A stretch of DNA of 50,332 bases from contig JAXLNO010000032.1 in the NCBI GenBank assembly GCA_038087875.1, positions 1 to 50,332 of the forward strand, written 5' to 3'. The first letter of the stretch is position 1. Every line of letters begins with the position of its first letter. This document shows, in pieces, positions 1 to 11,390 of the stretch. Position numbers and translations under genes: made by a program. This DNA comes from Malacoraja senta. Its lineage: Eukaryota. The notes under the pieces were generated by a model, which was not told the DNA's origin, searched no databases, and was given only the letters and a program-made list of their open reading frames with translations.

Positions 1-9
1 CAGGCGAAA

Positions 10-10
<1 letters not shown>

Positions 11-100
<90 letters not shown>

Positions 101-132
101 AGACACAGACACACACACACACATTCACACAC
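11..132. repeat. (CA)n microsatellite with (CAGACA)n interruptions
   Basis: Direct reading; ends about 60 nt upstream of the first exon. Confidence 0.98.
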
Positions 133-189
133 TGTTTTAAAAGTATATAGATATGATTCATCAACTGACTGTGCATTTGCTTTTAACAG

Positions 190-284
190 GGGGATGAAGA
201 AATATTTATCCTCAAATCATGCATTAGAAGAAAAACTGACTCCATTGAGAAGAGGTTTTGTTTTGACATAGAAGGAGCAGACAG
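190..284 (+). CDS. ARHGAP26: ARHGAP26 exon (PH domain), 95 nt, phase 0-2
   Basis: ttttaacag|GGG...GACAG|gtgaat; [31 protein letters not shown](R). Confidence 0.95.
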
Positions 285-1670
285 GTGAATTCATTGAGGG
301 CATTGCATCTTTTGATTTTGTATGAAATTTCTACCCATCTAAGACCTATGGAAACATAGATCTATTTTGTAAATATTCAGATCTAAACTATCTGTCCGGT
401 TTTAAGCATGCTCATATTTCTTTCAGATAATTGTTCTGGAGAATGCTGCATTTTATACTCTGTATCTTTTAAAAAGTACAATTTAAATGTTGGCAAATGA
501 AAAATAACTAATTTTAGTTGCCTCAATATATTATATTCATGGAGTCATACTCCATACTCCAGTGATAGGCCCTTCAGCCCAGCATGTCCATTCTAACAAT
601 TAATTACCTATTTATTCTACTCCCATTCACTAGCTATTGCTCTGCAGCCTTCTATGTGTTGGTGATTCAAGTGCCCGTCCAGTTATTACTTGTAAGCATA
701 CTTGCTTCCATCACTCATCTACATTCCAAATTCCCAATCTTTGCATGTCAATTGCCATTGAAAACTTTAGGAATCTATAAGCATCTTAAGCAACTTGATT
801 CATCAAGGCCTAGAAACAAATATGCTCCTTAAAAGTCATTGGAAGGTTGTTGCTTGGTGCACGAATTACTATATAAGTTGTGGACCCAATGCAGCAAACA
901 TCTGTGGTGTTGAATGAAAATACGGTATCTGGGACTGAATCAGTGAGGTGCTGGGGCAAGTGTATGGATACCTGGTCATTGATGAGGGAAGGTGAGAAGT
1001 CGTAATCAGTGTATAGTTCAAGAGTCAAGGGTGTTTTATTGTCATATGTCCCGAAACAGAACATTGAAATTCTTACTTGAAGCAGCACAACAGATATGTA
1101 AATATAATATTCTGTAAAACTCACAATAAACACCAAAAACAATAGTTCAGTATATCAAAAACAGACAAATATATAGACAATAATAGTGCAAAAATAATGT
1201 CCCCAGGTCTATATAGTTCGAAGTACAGGACCTTTATTAGGGTCCAGTGCACTGGCAGACATGGGCACTTGGAATTTGGCAGCTGTGTGTTGGGACCAGA
1301 GAAGATCAGGTGATAGAGTTTTGAACCATTTTTATGATGGGGTGGGTGAATGTGGGTAGCAACATTGATAATTTGTTTTCTGGGCAGTTTGAAGGTAAAT
1401 TAATGAGCCTTCCTAGTTGAGGTCCCAACATGGTTTCATGTTGGATTCCATCTAGGCTATTAATAACATTGTCATCTGGCAGTGTCCAGGAATAACATGA
1501 ACAATTTAAACAGCACCTCATTGTATTTATTGGTTGGAGAGTTGGAAATCATTTTTGGCTCCGTTTTAAGGTTTGAAAACTGTTTATCACTGTTAAATGC
1601 TTTGAACCAGATTGAATATTTGCAAATGGATAGGCTGCCATGATCAACATGTTCTCATGTCCAAAAGTCA

Positions 1671-1768
1671 AAGGAGCAGAATTCGACCATTCAGTCCATC
1701 GAGTCTACTCCATCATTCAATCATGGCTGATCTATCTTTCACACTCAGCCCAATTATTTTGCCTTCAT
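1671..1768 (-). mobile_element. CR1-type LINE 3' tail fragment
   Basis: Reverse complement resembles the + strand tail at 2470-2592 (attcaatcatggctgatctatc). Confidence 0.7.
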
Positions 1769-2027
1769 TTTAGAATGTAGTTTTCCCAATTGGCCAGATT
1801 TCCTTTTAGATTTTCAGTGAAGTAATATTTTATTGGAAAATCCAAATTGTATAGGTCCACCAAAAATAATCAATATCAGCGCAAATTAAAAAATATAAGT
1901 TTAAGATGCCAAAGTTGTTGCATTATCAGCATTTCACCCAAATTTAAATATTTTTCAGGCTGCTTCTTCTTTCCTCCCTCCTTTATATTACCGTGCCATG
2001 GTTTTTATTTTAATTTTAATTTTTTTA

Positions 2028-2169
2028 TGCAGGAGTAGGCCATTCGACCCTTCGAGCCAGCACCACCATCATTCAATGTGATCATGGCTGATCATCCCCA
2101 ATCAGTACCCCGTTCCTGCCTTCTCCCCATATCCCCTGACTCTGCTATCTTTAAGAGCCCTATCTAGCT
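2028..2169 (-). mobile_element. CR1/HER1-type LINE 3' end fragment
   Basis: Reverse complement matches the 3' UTRs at 12660-12800 and 18276-18385. Confidence 0.85.
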
Positions 2170-2316
2170 TTATTTGCAATAAAATAGATCCTGTGCCTCT
2201 GAGTGTTTTGGGATCTAGTGCACATGGTTTCTCGCTCAGAGGAAATTAAGTTTATTGCAATAAATTGAATGGGTCTATCATGGTTATAATTTTTGATTCC
2301 ATTATGTATTCTGCAG

Positions 2317-2395
2317 GGCACCCATAAACACCATGCAAGCACTCTGTGAGGAGGACAGGAGGCTGTGGATGGAAGCCATGGATGGCAGAGAACCT
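2317..2395 (+). CDS. ARHGAP26: ARHGAP26 exon (PH C-terminal helix), 79 nt, phase 2-0
   Basis: tattctgcag|G...CCT|gtaagt; (R)APINTMQALCEEDRRLWMEAMDGREP. Confidence 0.95.
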
Positions 2396-2469
2396 GTAAG
2401 TATGTCCATAATTATCATTGATGAACCAGGTCTATATTTCTAGTTTGTTGCTTTTCAAACTATCGATAA

Positions 2470-2592
2470 CGGGTGTTAGGGGTTATGGGGCGAAGGCAGG
2501 AGAATGGGGTTGAGAGTTAAAGATAGATCAGCCATGATTGAATGGCACTGTAGACTTGATGGGCCGAATGGCCTAATTCTGCTCCTTATATT
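2470..2592 (+). mobile_element. CR1-type LINE 3' end fragment
   Basis: gatcagccatgattgaatgg...gggccgaatggcctaattctgctcct tail. Confidence 0.8.
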
Positions 2593-3655
2593 AACTATGA
2601 TCCTTTCACATTGTTTTAAATGAAAAGACTGACAGCTATTAAATGGGAAAATGGAAATGTGAGGTTGTGACATTTGAAATTGAATCTTCCATTTTCAGTG
2701 CCTGTGAATCTAGTTTCAAACATTAGCTTTGGAAAATGAAGCAGACATTATTTTTGGAAAACTAAGAGGCTACAGAGAGATACAGACAGATTAAGTGAGT
2801 GACAAAAAGATCTGACACGAGGAGTACATTGTAGAAAAATACTTTGGCCAGAAAAATAATCAAAAACATGTTATTCAAAATCGTGTTGAACCCCCACTTG
2901 TTAAATCTTACCAAGCAGAAAATACAATTTTATTCTGTTATCTCCTACAGCTAGATCTTTCATTTTCCATAATAACATTTCTTCAAGTACCTTATCAGTT
3001 TTTTATGGTAATCGAAGTATAGTTCATCCACGAGTCCCCCATTGTCTAAAGGAAGCATTGAATAAGGTTGCTGCTGGAAGTGATTATTGACCTAGGGGTA
3101 CGTGGCGTCATGTGGAGGTATGGGAACATGTGATTTGAATGGGCAAATTAAGGACAGTCAGCATGGTTCTGTCTAGGGGAGGCCATGTCTTACGAATTTG
3201 ATTGAGATTTTTGATCGTGCAGTGGATGTTGTCTACATGTAAGGCATTTGACAACAGGGTTAAGACAGTTCGCAATCATGACGACCAAATCACTGGATCA
3301 ACCAGAAGATTAAGATGCATAGGATCCACAGTGATTTGGTAGTTCAGATTGAGAACTGTCATACCCATAAGAGGATGGTGGTGCATGGAGAGACTTGTGG
3401 TGTTCTGCAGATATTATTAATGGGACTTCTATTTTTTGTGATGTATATCAGTGACTCGGTTTAAAAATGTAGATGGCGTGATTAGCTTGCAGTTAACATA
3501 AAAATTGGTGGGATTGCAGACAGTGCCAGCCTGTTGAAGAATACGACAGGATCTAGATCAGTTACAGTTATGGGCAGAGAAATGGCAGATGGAGTTTAAT
3601 CCAAGCAAGTATAAGTTGTTGCACTTTGAGAGGTCAAATGTAATGGGAAAGTATA

Positions 3656-5272
3656 CAGTGACTTGCAAAAGTATTCATACCCCTTGAACTTTTCCACATT
3701 TTGTCACGTTACAACCACAAACGTAAATGTATTTTATTGGGATTTTATGTGATAGACCAACACAAAGTGGTGCATAATTGTGAAGTGGAAGGAAAATGAT
3801 ACATGGTTTTCAAATTTTTTTACAAATAAAAAATGGAAAAGTATGGCGTGCAAAAGTATTCAGGCCCCCTGAGTCAATACTTTGTAGAACCACCTTTCGC
3901 TGCAATTACAGCTGCAAGTCTTTTGGGGTATGTCTCTACCAGCTTTGCACATCTAGAGACTGAAATTTTTGCCCATTCTTCTTTGCAAAATAGCTCAAGC
4001 TTAGTCAGATTGGATGGAGAGCGTCTGTGAACAGCAATTTTCAAGTCTTGCCAGAGATTCTCAATTGGATTTAGGTCTGGACTTTGACTGGGCCATTCTA
4101 ACACATGAATATGCTTTGATCTAAACCATTCCATTGTAGCTCTGGCTGTATGTTTAGGGTCGTTGTCCTGCTGGAAGGTGAACCTCCGCCCCAGTCTCAA
4201 GTCTTTTGCAGACTCTAACAGGTTTTCTTCCAAGATTGCCCTGTATTTGGCTCCATCCATCTTCCCATCAACTCTGACCAGCTTCCCTGTCCCTGCTGAA
4301 GAAAAGCATCCCCACAGCATGATGCTGCCACCACCAAGTTTCACAGTGGGGATGGTGTGTTCAGGGTGATGTGCAGTGTTAGTTTTCCGCCACACATAGC
4401 GTTTTGCATTTAGGCCAAAAACTTCAATTTTGGTCTCATCTGACCAGAGCACCTTCCTCCACATGTTTGCTGTGTCCCCCACATGGCTTGTGGCAAACTG
4501 CAAACGGGACTTCTTATGGCTTTTTTTCAACAATGGCTTTCTTCTTGCCACTCTTCCATAAAGGCCCAATTTGTGGAGTGCACGACTAATAGTTGTCCTG
4601 TGGACAGATTCTCCCACCTGAGCTGTGGATCTCTGCAGCTCCTCCAGAGTTACTATGGGCCTCTTGGCTGCTTCTCTGATCAATGCTCTCCTTGCCCGGC
4701 CTGTCAGTTTAGGTGGACGGCCATGTCTTGGTAGGTTTGCAGTTGAGCCATACTCTTTCCATTTTCGGATGATGGATTGAACAGTGCTCCGTGAGATGTT
4801 CAAAGCTTGGGATATTTTTTTATAACCTAACCCTGCTTTAAACTTCTCCACAACTTTATCCCTGACCTGTCTGGTGTGTTCCTTGGGCTTCATGATGCTG
4901 TTTGTTCACTAATGTTCTCTAACAAACCTCTGAGGCCTTCACAGAACAGCTGTATTTATACTGAGATTAGATTACACACAAGTGGACTCTATTTACTAAT
5001 TCGGTGACTTCTGAAGGCAATTGGTTGCACTGGATTTTATTTAGGGGTATCAGAGTAAAGGGGGCTGAATACTTTTGCACGCCACACTTTTCAGTTTTTT
5101 ATTTGTAAAAAAATGTGAAAACCATGTATCATTTTCCTTCCACTTCACAATTATGCGCCACTTTGTGTTGGTCTATCACATAAAATCCCAATAAAGTACA
5201 TTTACGTTTGTGGTTGTAACGTGACAAAATGTGGAAAAGTTCAAGGGGTATGAATACTTTTGCAAGCCACTG
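3656..5272 (-). mobile_element. Full-length Tc1/mariner (DD34E, IR/DR, Passport-like) DNA transposon, 1617 bp
   Basis: TA|CAGTG...CACTG|TA (TSD 3654-3655 and 5273-5274); about 215-bp TIRs (3656-3870, 5059-5272), each with outer and inner direct repeats tgcaaaagtattca. Confidence 0.97.
3874..4893 (-). CDS. Tc1-family transposase, intact 339 aa
   Basis: Paired-like HTH N-terminus, GRPPK, ARRKPLL, WSDETK, QQDNDPKH, SPDLNPIE with exactly 34 residues between the second D and the E. Confidence 0.96.
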   Translation of the reverse strand: MKPKEHTRQVRDKVVEKFKAGLGYKKISQALNISRSTVQSIIRKWKEYGSTANLPRHGRPPKLTGRARRALIREAAKRPIVTLEELQRSTAQVGESVHRTTISRALHKLGLYGRVARRKPLLKKSHKKSRLQFATSHVGDTANMWRKVLWSDETKIEVFGLNAKRYVWRKTNTAHHPEHTIPTVKLGGGSIMLWGCFSSAGTGKLVRVDGKMDGAKYRAILEENLLESAKDLRLGRRFTFQQDNDPKHTARATMEWFRSKHIHVLEWPSQSPDLNPIENLWQDLKIAVHRRSPSNLTKLELFCKEEWAKISVSRCAKLVETYPKRLAAVIAAKGGSTKY

Positions 5273-6906
5273 TATAGTCATTGGCAGGTCCCTTAACAGC
5301 ATGTTAAGGATCCTGGCATTAACTTTATACTTTGCATAGCAGGATGTTGAGGTCCAACTACACTGATGAAAGTGGCAACATGTGCAGATAGAGTGGTAAA
5401 GAAAGTGATGATTTGTTGATTTCACAGGGCATTGAGTATATGAATCTGGAAATCATGTTACAGCTTTATGAAACTGGTTCAGTCACATTTGAAGTATTGT
5501 ATGCCATTCTCATTGCCCCATTGCAGGAAAATATGGAGGCTTTGGAGATGCTGCAGGAGAGGTTTACCCAAACATAACCTGGATTAGAGAGTATTAGTTA
5601 TAAGGAGAGTTTGGACAGATTTGGATTGTTTACTCCGTAGCGTCTGAGTTTGTGGGGGGAGCTGATAAAATATATAAAATGCTGAGAGACTTAGATAGGG
5701 TAAACATTCAAAAATCTTTTTCCCAGCATGGAAATGTCAAATACTAGAGGTGAGAGAGGGAAAGTTTAAAGGTGTGGGGCAAGTATTGAAATGGAATTAC
5801 TGCCAATATTGGTGGTGCAAACAGATCCAATAATGGTAGCACATGAATATGCAGTGAATGGAGGGATATGGATCACGTACGGCCAGAGGATTTGTTTAAT
5901 TTGGCATCATTTTTAGCACAGACATGGTGGCCGAAGGTGTACTTCTGTAATCTATGAATCTAATTTGTGGTGATATACGGAGCTTTCCCAAGAATGAACT
6001 GTGGGCTTTAAGATTGAGTAAATCTGTGGAGGAGAGGGACATGGAGATCCTCATTAATGCTGGAGAGAGTCGGAACATAGGTCAATATAACTATCTATGG
6101 TTTTGTCAGTAGAGAGCAACAGACAAGGATGTAGATGTACGAGATTTAAGGCTATTTCCAAAAGTTGAGTATGAAATAGACCTCTGTAATATTTTGCCAC
6201 TAAAGCTGATGGATAGAATAATTCAGGAGAATACTTTCAATGCACTGCAGTCTGCAGTTCGTTTATTCTCCTCCAAGTGACAGCAATGCTCTAGTAGTAA
6301 TCTGATTCTGGTCTTGTCGTACAAAGTGGTCACACTTTGGTGTTAAGCATGGAGAGAACAGTGGAGGATTTGCACATGCTGGAGAGGGTGTAGTTCAGCT
6401 GTTTGGTTATATATATGTGAATCCTCATTACACTGTTCACCATGTTCAGCCACAGCATTTATGCATATTACTCTGCGATTCTTTGCAGTCAATGTAATTT
6501 AAAGTTAATCAGTCGTTTATATAAATGTAAAATTAATGGTGAATCTCAAAATCTAAAGACCCCAAAATTTGTTCATGCAGAGTTCATAGTTTCATGTGTA
6601 TTTAAGGCCAAAAACAATTAGATTATCAATTGCTTGCACTTAAAACAGGCTCTAAAAGCTGTTCAACTGCATTTGGTATGATTTCTTGTTTGAAATCTTT
6701 GCTGGGAAACGTACTTTGACCTGAGGTTATAGAACTAGCTAGATTTGAAGGCAAGATCATTAATTCTCCTCTCACCCCATCCTAATTTACACCTGAGGGC
6801 TACAGCAACAGAAACAACAGCTCAAGCTTAGATGGTGCTTTATTGGATGGAGCCTTTTACCCTGTGCAATTTACTAATTCAATGGGTCAGAAATGACATA
6901 CCTTAA

Positions 6907-7460
6907 TCAAATCAAGTTTATTTACATGTGCACAAGTACAGTGAGATACAGGTCCAATGGAAAAACTTGCTTAACAGGCAGGTAGACGCAGAAACATAAA
7001 AATATAAATGCTAATTAAATTACACACAAATTCTACAAGGCAGTGAAAAACAAAGACTGTGTAAAGAAAATGCGACATTAGTGAAAAAATACACAACCAG
7101 AAAACAAGTCGGCGGTAATGCAAGTAGGGGCCCATAGTGTTCCTTTGCCATGGTTTGATTAAGGATGTCCAATTTGGTTCAAGAACCTGGTATTTCTAGG
7201 AAAGTAACTGTTCCTGAACCTGGCGGTGTGGTACTTCAGGGGTCTGTACCTCCTGCCTGATGGTAGAAGCGAGAAGAAGGCATGGCCTAAATGGTGGGGA
7301 TCTATGATGATAGATGCTGCCTTCTTGAGACAGTGTCTCACGTAGATGCTTTCAATGGTGGGGAGGACTGTACCTGTGATGGGGCACAAAAATACAAATT
7401 CTCTGAAGCCTCTTGCATTCCTGTGCGTTGGAATTGCCATATCAAGACATCATCCAAGTA
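6907..7460 (-). mobile_element. Rex1/Babar-type LINE 3' part
   Basis: Minus frame DPHHLGHAFFSLLPSGRRYRPLKYHTARFRNSYFP, typical Rex1-clade C-terminus; upstream part at 9132-9450. Confidence 0.8.
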
Positions 7461-7620
7461 GACATCTCTGGAGGGAATGGATCTGGGTCGGGATTCTTCT
7501 TCAGACTGAAGAAAAGTCCCGGCCCGAAAAGTAACCTATCCATTCCCTCCAGAGATGCTGGAAGCGTCATCCATCCATTTCTCCAGAGATGCTACATGAC
7601 CCATGACTCCAGCACTTTGA
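7461..7620. mobile_element. Palindromic Penelope-derived repeat with degenerate hammerhead motifs
   Basis: Centre ttcttcag-a-ctgaagaa (7497-7513); arms resemble the copies at 18433, 22339 and 27521. Confidence 0.75.
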
Positions 7621-8298
7621 GTTTTCTTTTTTTTAATTTTTTAATTTATTTATTTATTTATTTTTTTAAATATTATTTTTATTAGAAGTACGGTAAATTA
7701 CAGTAATACACAACACATATATCTTAATACATTTTTTGTACCGCTTCATTTTTTTGAGCTTTAAGAAAAAGATAGAAGTAAGGAAAGTAAAGAAAGTGCG
7801 CAAGAGTCGTGAAGTGCAAGAGAGTGTTGGGAAAAGAAAGCCCCTTAGAAAAGAAGTTAGAGAAGGAAGTAAAGTAAGAAAGTAGACCCTAGAAAAGAAA
7901 GAAAAAGAAAGTAGGAACAATCGCTCTATTATAACATTATACTCCGCAGAAAGGGGACTACCAACCAAGTCTGTTTTTGTTGTTTTACCTCCCATTACCA
8001 GGTCCTGATACCATTTATTTATTTATTTATTTATTTTTAAAATTACTATTGCACCTCATGCTTGTAATAGGTCCAGAAACGTAGACCACGTCTTTTGGAA
8101 TTGGACTGCTTTACCTGCTAAGAGGAATCTCATCTCTTCCAGATGTAATGTTTCAAACATATTTGATGTCCACATTTTTATTGTTGGTGTGGGCGCATTT
8201 TTCCAGAATTTAAGTATGAGCTTTTTTCCCATTATTAGCCCGTAATTGAATAAATTCTTCTGATACACGTTTAAAGCACTTTGAGTTTTGATCCTCCA
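7621..8298 (-). mobile_element. L1-clade LINE 3' fragment (ORF2 C-terminus, 3' UTR, A-rich tail)
   Basis: Minus frame LFNYGLIMGKKLILKFWK...W...LE...KTW ending at 8056; (AAAT)n/A-rich tail at 7621-7682. Confidence 0.75.
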
Positions 8299-9131
8299 AG
8301 ATTCAGATTCAGATTCAGATTCACATTTATTGTCACATGCACCATTAGGTACGGTGATATTTGAGTTACCATGCAGCCATACAATTAAAAGAACACAACA
8401 CAATTAAAAGAACAATAGAACTTAACATAAACATCCACCACAGTGATCACTGTGATGGAAGGCAATAAAGTTCAGTCAGTCTTCCTCCTTATTGTTCACC
8501 CGTGTTTGGGGCCTTGACCCTCCGCAGTCGCCGCTACGGACAGCCCGATGTACAGGCCCTCTCATCTGGATGATCGAAGCTCCGATGTCGGGATGGATGG
8601 AACACACTCCATGGCTTGGAGTGCCCGAATCGGCCACTTTCTTACCGGAGACCGCGGCTTCTTGATGTTATAGGCCGCAGGCCGGTCAGCGGTTGGAGCT
8701 CTTCTCTGGTGATCCCCGGCAAGGGATCCCAGGCTCCAGGATGGTAAAGTCAACTCCGCGCCTGCTGCTAGAAGCTCCGTAGACCGCGGCTTCATGATGT
8801 TAAAGTCAACAGGCCAGCGGTCGGAGCGTTTCTTCTGGTTCCACAATGGAAGTCCGCGCCGTGCCTGCTGCTGAAGCTCTGGGTGGTCTCCGGGAAAGGC
8901 CGCGCACTAATCCAAGTTGTTAGGCCGCGAGGGAGGGCGAAAATGCGACTAGGAGAAAAGTCGCATCTCCGCCGAGGTAAGTGACTGGAAACGGTTTCCC
9001 CCTATTTCCCCCCCACCCCCCACATAAGAACATACCGAGAGACATTAACACATACATTTAGACATACAAAAAAAAAAAAAAGTCGAAATGACAGACCCAC
9101 TGCTGGCGAGGCTGCCGCTTGCGGTGCCACC
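8299..9131 (-). mobile_element. GC/CpG-rich non-coding retroelement with (GAATCT)4 tail, copy 1
   Basis: Shares both ends and internal blocks with 45384-45990; minus-strand 3' end tgtgacaataaa followed by a microsatellite. Confidence 0.75.
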
Positions 9132-9450
9132 CAATTCCATGATGTTAATGCACAGGAATTTGAAGCTGATAATTCTCTCCACTGTCGATTCACCCTTAAA
9201 ACTGGCATATGGTCTCCCAACTCCCTCTTTCTGAAGTCAATGATTAGTTTTGTTCCGTTGCACAAGTTTTCTTGTGATACCACACAATCAGGTGTTCTAT
9301 CTCTCTACTATAGGCTTACTCAACTCCACCAATGATTCAGCCAACCACAGTGGTGTCGTCAGCAAATTTATAGATGATATTGGAGCTGTGCTTCGCCAGC
9401 CATAGGTGTAAAGAGAGTAGAGCAAGTTGCCGTTGAGGAAGTGAAAGATC
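9132..9450 (-). mobile_element. Rex1/Babar-type LINE RT fragment
   Basis: Minus frames SNIIYKFADDTTVVG and TKLIIDFRK. Confidence 0.8.
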
Positions 9451-11350
9451 CAGCAGCAAAGGGTGGTATAGGAAATAGAATGTAGAAACAAAGAACCACA
9501 GATGTTGGTTTATACCAAAGATAGACACAAAGTGCTGGTGTAATTCTGAAGAAAAGGGATAGGTGAAAAGGATAGGTTTTGGGTCGGGACCCTAGATGCC
9601 TTGGTTTTCAGGTGCAGGTCTATTCAGCCAAATCTATATTCATTGGCAGTTGTTTCCTTTTGCATCAAAAGTAATTTTGCATCTTACTAGAACATTTAAT
9701 CAAAATGTTTGTACTCCTGTGCTTTAGCGCTAGTCTTTCATTGAACATAGAACAATAACCTTTTTCTGAAATAAATGGAAAGGTGATCAAGTTCTCTGTG
9801 ACTCATGCTGTCTTGTTGTGACATTTGAATAAGTACATAATGTTCTCCACCAGCATACTGCCAATAAAGCTAAATGAATGCACTATATGAAAGGAAGAAC
9901 CAGGTCTATTTCTCAAGTATCAGTCTCGAGATTTCAGCTTATGGTTAAATTGTTGGTTTTCTTCAACATCGCTTTTTGCTATTTTTTTTAGTAAACAAAA
10001 TTAATGAGATTTATCAGAGAATTGCTTTCCTCTATTCCATGAAGGTAAACTGTAAGCTATCCAGTTTCTATGTTCCAAATGTTGTCATAACATATCAGTA
10101 CTCATCAAACCTAAATTATTTCCCTGCTGAAGATTTTGAGGTACTCATTTAATGATTGTGGGCTCAGGATATAACATTCTGAGGCCTTTGAATGAATGTA
10201 TGAAATAGTTGTGTTTGCTTTTAATATTTAGGGGAAAATGTAAAAATTTTAAAAATAACTAAAAATAAAAACACAGTAAATCATGATTGTTTTCCTCTGT
10301 GCCATAACACCTAATTTTCCTGATTATTTATGCCAGGTTTTAGAATATATTTTGTGCAATACTTTTGATTTCATTGCATTAATTCAATGTAAAAATTGTC
10401 GAATTATCTAATTGATTTGTATTGGTCAATGTCATAATGACTTCAATATAACTATTACGAGTAAAGAAAGATATTAAAGACAGCAGATAATTATAAAGAT
10501 ATTCAAATATGGAGTTGTAGCTGGCTCAGTAAGATAGGAGCTAAAATACAGGCCACAGATAGATAACAAGAATGAGATCGATTTGTTTCTCAGCAGAAAA
10601 TTAGCTCATCTGCCAGGTTGTTCTTTTTTGCTGAACCTTTAAATCTGAATGCACCGGAGAGATGAATCAGTGTACATGACTGCAAAACCCCCCACTTTAT
10701 TGCACAAATCAATTCAACTGTTTTAATCAATGTAGATTTCAAATTATTGATTTGAATTATAGATTGCAATGTCAAATTATTGCTAAATTGTTTCCCCTCA
10801 TTAGTACTTGTTCCCGTGGATTTTACTTTTTCTTCCTTTCCTTCTTTCGCTGTTTTTGTTCTATTTTTGTTAACTCGTTGCTCTTTTCCCCCCACACTTT
10901 TCCTATCGGCCCGCATCCTGCCATAAGCAAGGGTGAGTGGGCATAAGAGGTCCTTAGGATGAATATGAAAAGGATGAGAGATTAATTTACAGTTACTTGT
11001 TAGAGAATTGACGGGACCAGTCAAATTAAGAAAAGGAAATTTAGATTTAATTTGTTCGTAATTCCTGCTAAAACTGGGATAGATAGGGGACTATAAATAT
11101 TCAAGTAAAATTAAGCCTCCTAAAATCTGATTGCCAAATGGACTTTATTAAAAATGATTAAAAAATGTATTTCCATGTAACTGCATTATCATCTGATCAA
11201 GGTATCTTGGGATTTATGATGAATTTGGTGTATCATGTTAAATTTCATGAACTTCATAATATTTTTTTGTTCGATGTTACCATAAATTTGCTTCTCTTCA
11301 AGTATAGTTTTTATTTGAATGCTTTACTCAGTAAAATATATATTTTCCAG

Positions 11351-11390
11351 GTGTACAATTTGAATAAGGACAATCCAATAAGTGAAGGTG
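11351..11390 (+). CDS. ARHGAP26: ARHGAP26 small exon (PH-GAP linker), 40 nt (or 37 nt ending 11387), phase 0-1
   Basis: tattttccag|GTG; VYNLNKDNPISEG; two in-frame donors GAAG|gtg and GGTG|gtaggt; phase fits both neighbouring exons. Confidence 0.85.

Larger units (their letters stand above)
3138..5962 (+). mobile_element. Degraded CR1 LINE ORF2 (RT and 3' end), split by the Tc1 insertion
   Basis: Relics of GQIKDSQHG, CLTNLIE, VDVVYM, WAEKWQMEFNPSK; continuous across 3655/5273; many stops and indels. Confidence 0.85.

Noticed and set aside
3825..5195. Sense-strand AATAAA in the Tc1 TIRs as premature poly(A) sites
   Set aside because: AATAAA is common throughout these AT-rich introns; nothing singles these out
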